This document shows, one piece after another, positions 9,243-18,671 of a DNA stretch of 52,057 nt (position 1 is its first letter; each line of letters starts with the position of its first letter). The stretch comes from Thermoproteota archaeon. GTDB taxonomy: Archaea; Thermoproteota; Methanomethylicia; Methanomethylicales; Methanomethylicaceae. The notes under the pieces were generated by a model, which saw only the letters and a list, made by a program, of their open reading frames with translations, had not been told where the DNA came from and searched no databases. The stretch lies in assembly GCA_030055575.1 (NCBI GenBank), contig JASFYL010000003.1, forward strand, positions 1 to 52,057. Reading direction: 5' to 3'. The translations under genes and the position numbers were made by a program.

Positions 9243-9598
9243 TTGAAATGAAGAAGATGAGTCAACGGGAAATGAAGCGGATTATGCAAAAGATGGGCAT
9301 GGGGCTCGAGGAGCTGCAAGGTGTTCTGAAGGTGACTATCCATTTCCGGGACAGGAGGCTGGTGATTCCAGACCCGCAAGTTACGCAGATGAAGGTCAGC
9401 GGTCAGACCATCTATCAGGTGGTAGGGGAAGCATTCGAAGAGAAGGAGAAGACAGAAACCAAAATCGAAATCTCTGAAGAAGATGCCCAACTGGTCTCCG
9501 CCCAGACCGGGGCTACAATCGAGCAGGCAAAGAAGGCCCTGGAGGCGTCGAATGGGGACCTAGCGCAGGCCATAATGCTGCTGACCTCTAAAGCATGA
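9239..9598 (+). CDS. nac: Nascent polypeptide-associated complex protein
   Basis: MKRIMQKMGM, P.V..M...GQTIYQVVG, and the UBA-like EEDAQLVSAQTG...NGDLAQAIM. Confidence 0.95.
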   Translation: MIEMKKMSQREMKRIMQKMGMGLEELQGVLKVTIHFRDRRLVIPDPQVTQMKVSGQTIYQVVGEAFEEKEKTETKIEISEEDAQLVSAQTGATIEQAKKALEASNGDLAQAIMLLTSKA

Positions 9599-11837
9599 AG
9601 CGCTGCATTGTGGTTGCGAACTCCCTCTCTTGGTTGCTCCATTTTCTTGATGGCTTGTATCTGCCATAGACGCGCGTGTATTTCACAAGTCGGTCCCCAG
9701 AGCAGGGACATCTGGGGCATTTCTCATTGAGTCCGGCCGACACCTCTCCGCAACCCCAACAATAGGTGTAGTCTTTCGTGAAGCTGAAGAGTCCTATGTT
9801 CGCTGTCTCAAAGATCCGCCGCGCCTGGTTGCAGATGATCTCCGGGGTAGGGGATGGCTCATCTAGGCGGATATTGAAGAAATGGCCCCCCACCATCATG
9901 CTCTGGAATTGCTCCTCAACTTGGAGCCTCTTCTTCAGAGGGATGGGTCTGGTGAGCGGCAGAACCGAATGCTCAGTGTAGGGCGCAATAACCTTTGCAT
10001 TCGCGAGACCGCTTGATATGTCCAGGCTGGTCAGCCGGTGAGCCGCGGGCTCGAAGGTTACGTATGAAGGCATGAGTCGGAGCTGCGGCATCTCTTTCGA
10101 ATATTCCAACATGCTTTCCACAATCTTCTTCGAAATATTGAGTGGGAGCGGATCGTCCAAAATGTCAAGACCAGTGTGGAATTGAACTGCCTCAGGGAGC
10201 CCCACAAAACTGATCACTCCCGCCGAGTCATCAACCCGATAATACGGCGATCCCGATACCTCTTCCTGGAATAACGGGAGGAGCCTGTCTTTCATGCGAT
10301 CTCGGATGACTTGTCGCTTTATCGTCAAAGCCTCCTTCGATATCTCCATCAGCTCTCTTAGGCGCTCCAGTAGCAAGTCGTCGTTCCCTTTGGCGGCATA
10401 GGCTATTCTGGGTAGGTTGATCGTTATATTTTCCAAAACTCCAGTTCTCAAGGTTCCAAGCTCGCTGCCCTTCCATGCCGAATCCAGCCTTGACAGACTA
10501 GCGTTGTATGCCACATTCTCTGTCTGCCAAGAGAGATCTTGGTTAACGAAATAGGGCGTACCCCACTTCCCAGCCATCTCACAGGCCTTTTCTAGGCAAC
10601 TGCACCCTTCTTCTGCCACGAGTGTTTTCTTTCTGATTTTAAGGAAGATGGCAGGGTTCATAAAGGGTTTTCCAGATCCGTCTTTTGAACCCATGACCTC
10701 CAGCAGGAGGCGGGCTATGCGGAGGGACTCGTCGTGGAAATCTCCGTACTTCAGCCCTTCAGTATCGCCGACCGGGGCATCCGAAAGAAAAGCGGGCATG
10801 TCGGTCTCCAATTGAACCGCCACAGGAACTGAGCAACCTGCAATCGTGTTCAATAAGTAAACAAAGTCCCTCAAAGCACCCTTAACTTCGTCGTCGCTCA
10901 TGCCAGAAGAATATGGAGCCAAGAATATGTTGAAGAAAGGGAGAGCTTGGGAGTTCGACACCAGTTCGGTGGAGACTTTTACGAGGTTGAGAATAGCATA
11001 CAACGCCCCCTTTAGGGTTTTGGGGGCATGATGAGACGGAGCGATCGAGCCGTTCGGATCTGCGGCAAGCTTTCCGGAGAGCACAGGACGGAGGTCGTGT
11101 TGCACATCTGCTGGCCTGAGGATCCAATAATTTGCATTGTTCAAGTGAATCGCGCCGCTAAGGTGCGCGTCGGCTATGGTCCTGGGCAGTACCTTAAGCA
11201 GAAGGTACTCCTCGTAAACTGAGTCTCCTGCCAGAGAATGCACCTCTGCCGGAGAGTAGTACCCCACGTATGATGCGTTTTGTATTGTAGAGGTAACATC
11301 GTAGACAGGCTGTCCAAGTCGCGTAAGTGAGTGCCTATATTCCTCAAGCCCCTTCTCCAAGAGGATGGCATTCACGAACTCACGGATTAGGGCCGCGGTC
11401 AGGTATTTGACCTGTACCTTTCTAAGTCGCTCTTCTGCTTCCTTGGATATCGACTCTGCCAGTTTTCTGGGCACATTCGCCTCGCGAATTAATGCCTGAA
11501 CTATCTTCTTCCTGTCGAAAGGCTCTATTGTGAGGCTCGAGGTCCTGACCTGCATCTCCCCTTTTTTTCTTCTGATAGCATCTTCCACACCATAAATGAA
11601 GCTGGCTACATCTTGGCCCAGGAGGGTAAGGTAATACTTTCCTGTGGCTTCATCTGAGGCGATGAGTTCCGAGTCGATCAAGGTCCTGAGGTGGTAACCA
11701 AACTTGCCCGCATCGCTCTTTGGAGCCATATTCAGCCGTTCCATGATCTCAGTGAATGAAAGCGACCCTCCCATACTCAACATCTTCAGGATTTCAGCCC
11801 TGATCTCGTTTGAGAGAGCGGAGAGTATGGACTCCAT
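9588..11837 (-). CDS. ArsR-like wHTH + ATP-cone + class III ribonucleotide reductase (NrdD)-like protein, apparently lacking the catalytic Cys residues
   Basis: HTH (IRAEILKML...SFTEIM...GKFGYHLRTL), ATP-cone (VRTSS...EPFDRKKI...LIREFVNAIL), NrdD motifs (DAHLSGAIHL, FNIFLAPY, LRTG...TINLPRIAY, ISFVGLPE, GGH, CxxC-x11-CxxC, TRVYG). Likely start ATG 11837. Confidence 0.88.
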   Translation of the reverse strand: MESILSALSNEIRAEILKMLSMGGSLSFTEIMERLNMAPKSDAGKFGYHLRTLIDSELIASDEATGKYYLTLLGQDVASFIYGVEDAIRRKKGEMQVRTSSLTIEPFDRKKIVQALIREANVPRKLAESISKEAEERLRKVQVKYLTAALIREFVNAILLEKGLEEYRHSLTRLGQPVYDVTSTIQNASYVGYYSPAEVHSLAGDSVYEEYLLLKVLPRTIADAHLSGAIHLNNANYWILRPADVQHDLRPVLSGKLAADPNGSIAPSHHAPKTLKGALYAILNLVKVSTELVSNSQALPFFNIFLAPYSSGMSDDEVKGALRDFVYLLNTIAGCSVPVAVQLETDMPAFLSDAPVGDTEGLKYGDFHDESLRIARLLLEVMGSKDGSGKPFMNPAIFLKIRKKTLVAEEGCSCLEKACEMAGKWGTPYFVNQDLSWQTENVAYNASLSRLDSAWKGSELGTLRTGVLENITINLPRIAYAAKGNDDLLLERLRELMEISKEALTIKRQVIRDRMKDRLLPLFQEEVSGSPYYRVDDSAGVISFVGLPEAVQFHTGLDILDDPLPLNISKKIVESMLEYSKEMPQLRLMPSYVTFEPAAHRLTSLDISSGLANAKVIAPYTEHSVLPLTRPIPLKKRLQVEEQFQSMMVGGHFFNIRLDEPSPTPEIICNQARRIFETANIGLFSFTKDYTYCWGCGEVSAGLNEKCPRCPCSGDRLVKYTRVYGRYKPSRKWSNQEREFATTMQRFML

Positions 11838-11867
11838 CAATCTCTCGGACGACAAAACTCCGCACCA

Positions 11868-11899
11868 ATGTAAAAGAAGGTTAGCATGTAAAAAAAGGT
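11868..11899. promoter_or_regulatory. Tandem 14-bp direct repeat upstream of the HTH-NrdD-like gene
   Basis: ATGTAAAAGAAGGT (11868-11881) and ATGTAAAAAAAGGT (11886-11899): 13/14 identical, 18-bp period. Confidence 0.5.
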
Positions 11900-11911
11900 G
11901 TAGGTGTGCCA

Positions 11912-12304
11912 CTATAGTCTTGGTCGGAATTTTATCGCGTATTCGATAATTCCGGAGTCCCCGTCCTCCATGACCTTTCGTAAGACTGCTTCGACAGGGA
12001 TCCCCGCTTTTACCTCTTCGGGTTCTATGTCCGTGATCTGCGACATGATGGTTGTCCCGTCCTCCAGTTTCACGAGACCGATAATATACGGCGAAGCCTT
12101 CTCGAACCATTTTGGGGGGTTCCTAACAATGGTGTAGGTAACGAGTGTCCCAGTCTCGGGGAGCCTGTATGCCTCAAACTCTACCGAGCCGCACTTAGCG
12201 CATCTACATCGTGGAGGGTAAACCACCGCGCCGCAGTCCTTGCACTTTGCAGCCTCCAGTCGAGACCTTCTGGGTATCTCTCTCCAATACCTGGGAACAG
12301 ACAT
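11912..12304 (-). CDS. DUF35 zinc-ribbon/OB-fold protein (thiolase/HMGS scaffold)
   Basis: CKDCGAVVYPPRCRCAKCGS plus OB fold (PYIIGLVKLEDG); directly follows the thiolase. Confidence 0.93.
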   Translation of the reverse strand: MSVPRYWREIPRRSRLEAAKCKDCGAVVYPPRCRCAKCGSVEFEAYRLPETGTLVTYTIVRNPPKWFEKASPYIIGLVKLEDGTTIMSQITDIEPEEVKAGIPVEAVLRKVMEDGDSGIIEYAIKFRPRL

Positions 12305-12306
12305 GC

Positions 12307-13461
12307 TTATCCTCTCCTGAGTATGCTCACGAATGCACAGGACCCCGACCCACCGATATTCTGGGCAAGACCCACTGTTGCATCTGGGACCTGCATTCTG
12401 CCTGCCCTTCCAGTCAACTGTAAGAATATTTCAGCTATCTGATATGCGCCTGTTGCCCCTACAGGATGTCCCCTCGACTTCAACCCTCCGCTTGGATTAA
12501 TGGCGACCAGACCTCCCGGTTCAAACGCACCGTTCTCCATCATCTTGTGGAACTTCCCCCGCTCGCAGAATCCGAGATCCTCTAGGGAGATCGCACCGGT
12601 AATTGTGAATGTGTCATGGATCTCCGCGACATCTATGTCGGACGGAGTGACCCTTGCCATGCGGTATGCGCGGTCCGCTGCCACGACAGTCGACCTAAAC
12701 GTCAAAAGGTCATCCCTCGAGGCGATGTTGATTGTATCGCTCGCCCCTGCGACCCCCGCCACCTCTACGTAAGCATCAGAATATCTCTTCGCATCCTCGA
12801 GAGGGCAGAGTACGACGGCAGCGGCGCCGTCCCCGACCGGCGCGCAGTCGAAGAGCGTGATTGGGTCGGAGATCATGTCAGAGTTCAAGACGGTCTCCCG
12901 CTTAATCTCGAAAGGCAACTGGGCGAATGGGTTCTTTGACCCGTTCCTGTGCATCATTACCGAGAGGTCGGCGAAAGCCTCTCTTGGTACACCATAGAAT
13001 CCCATGTAGTGGCGCATTATGAGGGCGTTTAAAGAGACGAAGCTCGCGCCATAAAACAGTTCGTACTCAGCATCAGCAGCTTTTCCAAGCGAGAAGGTCG
13101 TGTTCCCCCCCACTCCGTCTGTGAGCTTTTCTACACCGCCAGTCAAAACGACATCATAAATTCCAGATGCAACTGCGGTATAGGCAGCCAAGAAGGCCGC
13201 CCCTCCAGACCCGCATGCAGCCTCCACTCGGTAGGCTGTTGTGGGGTTCATTCCCAAGTAATCCGCTAGAAGCGATCCTATGTTGTTCTGATCGGAAAGG
13301 TCAGAAGCACACATATTTCCCACTATCAGCGCGTCTACCTTGGGCGCGCCACAGCCGCTTAGCGCCGCAGTCCCAGCCTCTCCAAACAGCTCTTTTAGCG
13401 ACCTTCTCCAGTGTTTGTCGACTTTTGTCATTCCTGCACCTACAATAGCTACTTTACGCAT
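12307..13461 (-). CDS. Acetoacetyl-CoA thiolase (archaeal type)
   Basis: VEAACGSGG, GGVEK, DGAAAVVL, AEIHDTF, NPSGGLKSRGHPVGATG, NIGG. Confidence 0.95.
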   Translation of the reverse strand: MRKVAIVGAGMTKVDKHWRRSLKELFGEAGTAALSGCGAPKVDALIVGNMCASDLSDQNNIGSLLADYLGMNPTTAYRVEAACGSGGAAFLAAYTAVASGIYDVVLTGGVEKLTDGVGGNTTFSLGKAADAEYELFYGASFVSLNALIMRHYMGFYGVPREAFADLSVMMHRNGSKNPFAQLPFEIKRETVLNSDMISDPITLFDCAPVGDGAAAVVLCPLEDAKRYSDAYVEVAGVAGASDTINIASRDDLLTFRSTVVAADRAYRMARVTPSDIDVAEIHDTFTITGAISLEDLGFCERGKFHKMMENGAFEPGGLVAINPSGGLKSRGHPVGATGAYQIAEIFLQLTGRAGRMQVPDATVGLAQNIGGSGSCAFVSILRRG

Positions 13462-13472
13462 GGATGAACCCC

Positions 13473-14537
13473 CTAAAGGACGATCTTTCTTCGCATCTTT
13501 GCGTAGATGGAATATTCCAAGTTCTTCTTTCGGCGAATATAATCAGACACTTTCGGCGCCTTGTTTCGTCTAGAAGTTATCCCATCTCCCACGATTAGGC
13601 TGAAAGCGTCGCTTCCAGCCCCTGACCCGAAGCTCGCAAGAAAGATGCGATCGCCAGGCTTTGCGATGTCTAAAACTGCAGAAAGTCCAGTTACCGATGA
13701 CCCGGCGTAGAGGTTCCCTATGCACGGGACCAAGAAACCGGCCTCGATCTGCTCTCTTTTAAATCCCAACAGCTTTGCTGCCCTTATCGGGAACTTTCCA
13801 TTTGGCTGGTGGAAAACCGCGAACGAAAAGTCTTCGGGTTTCAAAGATAGCTCCTCCATCAATAGTTTCCCGGCGCTGATCACGTGTTGGAAGTAGGCTG
13901 GCTCCCCCGTAAAGGCCTCTGCGTGGGACGGATAGTCTTTCTTCGGTCTTCTCCAGAAGTCTGGAGTGTCAGTCACATAGGATACTGAAGCCTCGAACTT
14001 GGCTACGGGCTCTGTGTCTTTGTCCCCCCTACCCAAGATGATCGCGGTGCCACCACATCCGGCAGAGAACTCCAGCGCATCAGCCGGCGCGCCCTGCGCA
14101 GTGTCGGCTCCGATCGCCATCCCGTAGTCGATCATGCCCGACCCGACCAGCCCTATGCAGCACTGAATGGCTTCTGTACCCGCCTTACACGCGAATTCAA
14201 GGTCAGCTGCCAGCAACCGAGGGGTTGCGCCGAGCGCTTCGGCTACGATCGTGCCAGTGGGCTTCACTGCGTACGGCTTTGACTCTGATCCCACAAATAT
14301 CGCGCCCAAATTGCTTGGCGCTACGCCGGCACGCTTGATGGCATTCTTGGCTGCCTCGACAGCAATGGTTGCCACATCCTCGTCCTGACCTGCGACCGCC
14401 TTTTCGTCTATTAGCAAGTCCTCTCTGAAATGCTTGGCAGACTTACCCCAGACCTTCGCGATCTCTTCAGCAGAGACCCGATATCTTGGGATGTAAGACC
14501 CCCAACCCGAAATAACTACATCTATAATCGGGCGCAT
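13473..14537 (-). CDS. mvaS: Hydroxymethylglutaryl-CoA synthase (archaeal)
   Basis: [55 protein letters not shown]. Confidence 0.95.
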   Translation of the reverse strand: MRPIIDVVISGWGSYIPRYRVSAEEIAKVWGKSAKHFREDLLIDEKAVAGQDEDVATIAVEAAKNAIKRAGVAPSNLGAIFVGSESKPYAVKPTGTIVAEALGATPRLLAADLEFACKAGTEAIQCCIGLVGSGMIDYGMAIGADTAQGAPADALEFSAGCGGTAIILGRGDKDTEPVAKFEASVSYVTDTPDFWRRPKKDYPSHAEAFTGEPAYFQHVISAGKLLMEELSLKPEDFSFAVFHQPNGKFPIRAAKLLGFKREQIEAGFLVPCIGNLYAGSSVTGLSAVLDIAKPGDRIFLASFGSGAGSDAFSLIVGDGITSRRNKAPKVSDYIRRKKNLEYSIYAKMRRKIVL

Positions 14538-14630
14538 TGGCTCACCACGTTCACAGTTTAAGACACACTTAACGAGGCAATATATTAGGACTACGTTTTT
14601 TGACTTATTTTATAATCGACTTTTGACGAA

Positions 14631-15335
14631 TCAACCACGTAGCGCATGTAATGACTTGACGAGTTCTTCGACAGTTTCCTTTTTTGATAGCACCATAGGG
14701 ATATTTTCAGCCTTTGCGAGCTCCACTGCAATTCTGTCCAGCCGCGTAACCCCGTGAAGGATGATCGCTGCAGGCTTCAGAGGCGTAACTCTCACCGCAA
14801 CCATTGGAGACCTCCCTGTGCTTGTCTTTGTGAAAATCAAAGCCCTTTCAGCAGTAGATCCCATAAGCTGGTAGAAGTCTGCGCCTGACATTGAGAGTAT
14901 CGCCCTTATGCTGTCGACCACAGTATATCCGAGTATCTTTTTATCCGAACAAGATGTGCATGTAAGGAACTCACCGTCTACCGCTTGAGAAACCTCGGAG
15001 AGAGAGAACGGAGAGGGGAACTCATACAGGTCGATTATAGCGTCTGAAGTCGTGCGCATGATGGAAGAAAACTGCCTTATCACCCTCCCCCCATGGAGGC
15101 TATCGATCGCTACAAGACCGACGACAAATTTCTTTATGAAGAGCGCGCCTGGCGACCTTCTTCTTCCGCCTTCATAATCGCTGATAACAGAGGGGGAGAT
15201 CCCCATCTTTTCGGAAATTTCTAGCTGTGTGATCCCAAAGATCTCCCTCCACCTACGCATGATCTCGCCAGGTTCGTTTGACAGAATGATCTCTCCGATT
15301 ATGCGTTTCATAAGGAGCTCCTTTGCTGCCTCCAA
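14631..15335 (-). CDS. XRE-family HTH transcriptional regulator with DRTGG-like C-terminal domain
   Basis: GEIILSNEPGEIMRRWREIFGITQ...SPSVISDYEGGRRRSPG; YQLMGSTAERALIFT...GRSPMVA. Confidence 0.88.
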   Translation of the reverse strand: MEAAKELLMKRIIGEIILSNEPGEIMRRWREIFGITQLEISEKMGISPSVISDYEGGRRRSPGALFIKKFVVGLVAIDSLHGGRVIRQFSSIMRTTSDAIIDLYEFPSPFSLSEVSQAVDGEFLTCTSCSDKKILGYTVVDSIRAILSMSGADFYQLMGSTAERALIFTKTSTGRSPMVAVRVTPLKPAAIILHGVTRLDRIAVELAKAENIPMVLSKKETVEELVKSLHALRG

Positions 15336-15426
15336 TCAGTACACCGCCGAAGCATTGTCTCTAGTAGTGAAAATCAATTTCTATAAAAAAGTATAAAGAG
15401 CTGCCTTTTTTCTTTATTCTCTCTAA

Positions 15427-15504
15427 GGGGCTGTAGGCTAGCTTGGTCTAGACTGTCAGGCTCGGGCCCTGGTGACCCCGGTTCAAATCCGGGCAGCCCC
15501 ACCA
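15427..15504 (+). tRNA. tRNA-Pro(CGG)
   Basis: GGGGCTG/CAGCCCC acceptor, TCAGG-CTCGGGC-CCTGG anticodon arm, GGTTCAAATCC, encoded CCA. Confidence 0.95.
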
Positions 15505-15922
15505 GCCTCTGGGCTTAAGGATCGCCTAGACAAGTAGCAATAGGCAGCAAAAGCCGTTACGATGCAGCACAGTTCTCCGGGAAAATCCAGTTGTGGAGAA
15601 ATAGTCAAAGGTCATGCACGCCCATTGATCAGCTTGAACTGAATTCCTCGAACCCTGATCTTGAGAGAATATGCGTGATGGGAAATGTTTGAAAAGTGCG
15701 AGCAGAGCAATCTTTGGAAAATATGAGAAGTGCAAATATGGCTATAAGCCTGACGGAAAAGAACAGTTGGGCTAATGTTAACAGAAGAGAATGCATTGGC
15801 TTGAGATCGAAAGGCATAAGCTTAAAGCAAACATAATTCAAATTCACAATGCTTCAAAACCACACAAAATGCAGTGACCAAAATATTTTACTGCTACATT
15901 AAACTAAATTTATATAAACATT

Positions 15923-15950
15923 TTTTCTTATAAAAAGAATTATGTTATAT
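15923..15950. other. Possible dif-like Xer recombination site (11-6-11)
   Basis: TTTTCTTATAA-AAAGAA-TTATGTTATAT. The right arm matches E. coli dif XerD arm TTATGTTAAAT at 10/11; the AT-rich context weakens the call. Confidence 0.3.
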
Positions 15951-16335
15951 AAAATTTTATAGAATAAAACAAAAATAATTCGATATGATTGTGTAGACTG
16001 AAAACATAGACATGTGCCATCTTTCCACCACCATGGTTTGCACAACACCAGTCTAGCGGCTTAACAAATGCGCCTAAGTGGTATGGGCTCTGAAGAGGAG
16101 AAATTAAAGCCGTAAAAGAAAGGAGCAATATTATAAACATATTACGTCCCAACTTGGCAATCTCATATGATTTGGTCAAAATGCTCTAGCTCACGTCGTT
16201 AATCCGCCGTGCTATTCTGTCCGTCTGGACGGCTCCATCTGTTTTGAAACAAAAATCACTCTATTTTAACAAAATTTAATATATTTACAACCCATCAATA
16301 CAAATAATAAACTAGTTATTACAAAAATTATAAAA

Positions 16336-17148
16336 TTATAGTGGTTTGCCGCACTTAGGGCAGAACTTCGAGCCTGGCTCTATCGAAGCGCCGCAACTGC
16401 TGCAGAAATTGACAGTTTGCTGAGATGTAACCGAAGGTGGGGGCGGAGGGGGAGGTGGCGGGTATGTCGACTGCGAGGTTCCAGGCGCAACGGCAGATCT
16501 CCTCCCTTCAGTGTAGACCAAAGCAGCCGACCTGAAGATGAAGACGCTTACCGCTGGTGAGATTATAATCGAGAGCAGCCACCCGATTATCGGTATAAGC
16601 CCGATAAGCCCTACGATGAAAACGATTACGAGCAAGGCTATGACCCATAAGATGTACGCCCCCCACCCCACGCTCCGGATAATGTCGAAGATCTCACCAA
16701 ATGCAAATGCCTTCCCAAAGTCTTTCTGTTTGATCATATTGATGACAGCCATGTAGAAGACTATGCTCAGAAGGAAGGCTAGAACCACGCCTGCAATCAA
16801 TGCAACGATAGCGAAACCTCCAAGGATAACCCCCGGGGTAGGACCCACTAGAGGTATCGAGGAAATAGCGAAGAGTGATGGGCCCAGCAGAAGGAGTGGC
16901 ACGATCATGTAGATTATCCCTGCGATCAATACCTTGAGACCCTCAATAAAGAGGGAGGAATAACCGCTCAGTGGAGGAGGCGCGTTATTCTCTGGAGTTT
17001 CACTCGCTACCCTTGCCGCATAACCGACCACAATAAAGTTCACAATAGGGATTATGCTGAATATCACCAGCAGCAAAAGTCGCCCCAGATCACTGAATAA
17101 TTTTTGCGCATACTCAAATGAGTCGCTTAAGTTTTTTCCTAGATCCAT
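16336..17148 (-). CDS. DUF4013 membrane protein with poly-Pro linker and C-terminal double zinc ribbon
   Basis: IPIVNFIVVGY, FIEGLK, AFAFGEI, P9 run, FCSSCG...FCPKCG; GAGGAG SD before ATG 17148. Confidence 0.88.
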   Translation of the reverse strand: MDLGKNLSDSFEYAQKLFSDLGRLLLLVIFSIIPIVNFIVVGYAARVASETPENNAPPPLSGYSSLFIEGLKVLIAGIIYMIVPLLLLGPSLFAISSIPLVGPTPGVILGGFAIVALIAGVVLAFLLSIVFYMAVINMIKQKDFGKAFAFGEIFDIIRSVGWGAYILWVIALLVIVFIVGLIGLIPIIGWLLSIIISPAVSVFIFRSAALVYTEGRRSAVAPGTSQSTYPPPPPPPPPSVTSQQTVNFCSSCGASIEPGSKFCPKCGKPL

Positions 17149-17216
17149 GTTAAACTCCTCATTAAACATCAAAACATATGTTATATATAACCCTATCAAC
17201 AAAAGCAGTCAAAAAA

Positions 17217-18608
17217 TTACAGTAAGGATTCCTTTTTCAGAATCCCCCTGCCTGCGATGATGCCGTTGGCTGCCGCGCCTACAATTCCCCTCGAGAGTCC
17301 GACCCCGTCTCCAGCCACAAAGAGGTTTTCGACATTCGTCTCGAGGTCTTTGTTCACCTGGAATTTGTTTGCGGAGAATTTTATCTCTGGTGCATAGAGG
17401 AGAGTCGATGAGCTCGCCACACCGGGAATGATCTCATCGAGCTTTTCCAGACCTTCGATGATGTCTGAGACGATCCTGTGAGGCATAGCCATCGCTATGT
17501 CCCCAGGCGTGGCCGAGAGCAGCGTCGGCTTAATTTGGCTGTGGGAGATCCTCGTCCAAGTCGACCTCCTACCCATGCGCAGGTCGCCCAACCTCTGGAT
17601 GAGCGGCTCCCCGCCCCCTAGTATCGTCGCTTGCTGGACGACCGAGCGCCCGTAGGCGGTGGTGTCCTCCACCGGCTCCGTCAGGACCACCCTCACCAGG
17701 AATGCAAAATTGCTGTTTTCGGAGGTCGTCTCTGTCATCGAGTGTCCATTTACACCCACAAACCCGTCGTAAACCTCCTTCACAACATACCCCTGGTGAT
17801 TCACGCAGAAGGTCCTCACGAAGTCGTCGTATGTGTCGGTGTAGATGTGGAACTTCGGATCTCGGTTTACCTGAATGATTGGCTCCATAACGAATGCCGG
17901 CACCTCAACCCTTACGCCGATGTCGATCGGCTCGTGCTTTGCCGGAATCGAGAGCCGTTTGGCGATCTCAGCAGCCCAGTTTGCACCCACCCTGCCCGGC
18001 GCCAAGAGGATGTATTTTGCGGTCTTTTCGGAACCGTCTTCGAGGATAACCCTGCCTAGCTTTACATCATTGACGCGGGTCCCCAACTGAAATTTTACGC
18101 CTTTTCTCTCAAGGTCAGACTTGAAGTTGTTAATCACCTTTGGTGCGCCGTCGCTCCCCATATGCCTTTGGGTGATGGGGAGAAACTTTATCCCTACGGA
18201 TGCAGCCCTCCGTTGCAGATTCACGGCCTCATCTACGTCGCCACTATAGACTTTTTTCGGGGCGCCATATTTGACGAAGATCGAGTCCACATAGTTGACC
18301 AGATCCCATGCTTCTTTCTCGCTGCTCGTAAACTCGCCGAGGTCGCCACCTATGTCTGGCCTGAGGTTCAAGAGACCGCTCGAAAGGGTGCCTGCGCCGC
18401 CGACCCCGCTCATTATGCTGCAGACACGGCACTTGGTACAACTCTTATAATTCTGGACCGGGCACTTCCTCTTGTCCACGTCGTATCCCTGATCTATGAC
18501 GAGGACGGAAAGCTTCCCCTGTGCCTTTTCAGCAATCTCGTAAGCCGCAAACATACCTGCCGGACCCGCACCGACGATGATCACATCGTAATCCAAAGAC
18601 GACACCAC
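17217..18608 (-). CDS. Uncharacterised FAD-dependent dehydrogenase with N-terminal Cys cluster
   Basis: IVGAGPAG Rossmann motif, C-x6-CxxCxxC, GVGGAGTLS, VRTFC, LYAPEIKF, LFVAGDGVG. Confidence 0.9.
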   Translation of the reverse strand: MVSSLDYDVIIVGAGPAGMFAAYEIAEKAQGKLSVLVIDQGYDVDKRKCPVQNYKSCTKCRVCSIMSGVGGAGTLSSGLLNLRPDIGGDLGEFTSSEKEAWDLVNYVDSIFVKYGAPKKVYSGDVDEAVNLQRRAASVGIKFLPITQRHMGSDGAPKVINNFKSDLERKGVKFQLGTRVNDVKLGRVILEDGSEKTAKYILLAPGRVGANWAAEIAKRLSIPAKHEPIDIGVRVEVPAFVMEPIIQVNRDPKFHIYTDTYDDFVRTFCVNHQGYVVKEVYDGFVGVNGHSMTETTSENSNFAFLVRVVLTEPVEDTTAYGRSVVQQATILGGGEPLIQRLGDLRMGRRSTWTRISHSQIKPTLLSATPGDIAMAMPHRIVSDIIEGLEKLDEIIPGVASSSTLLYAPEIKFSANKFQVNKDLETNVENLFVAGDGVGLSRGIVGAAANGIIAGRGILKKESLL

Positions 18609-18671
18609 AGAGGTTCAGATGAACAGACAGTTATTTATTTTGTTGCCAAGATTACTTCAGAAGTGTTTCAG

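Noticed and set aside
11838-12110. 91-aa N-terminal extension of the NrdD-like ORF in the track
   Set aside because: It overlaps the DUF35 gene in another frame and is not protein-like; the HTH starts at ATG 11837.
17180-17191. Palindrome GTTATATATAAC
   Set aside because: It coincides with the expected TATA box of the DUF4013 gene and is low complexity.
18162-18671. Long N-terminal extension of the SWIM ORF
   Set aside because: It is the antisense shadow of the FAD dehydrogenase gene.
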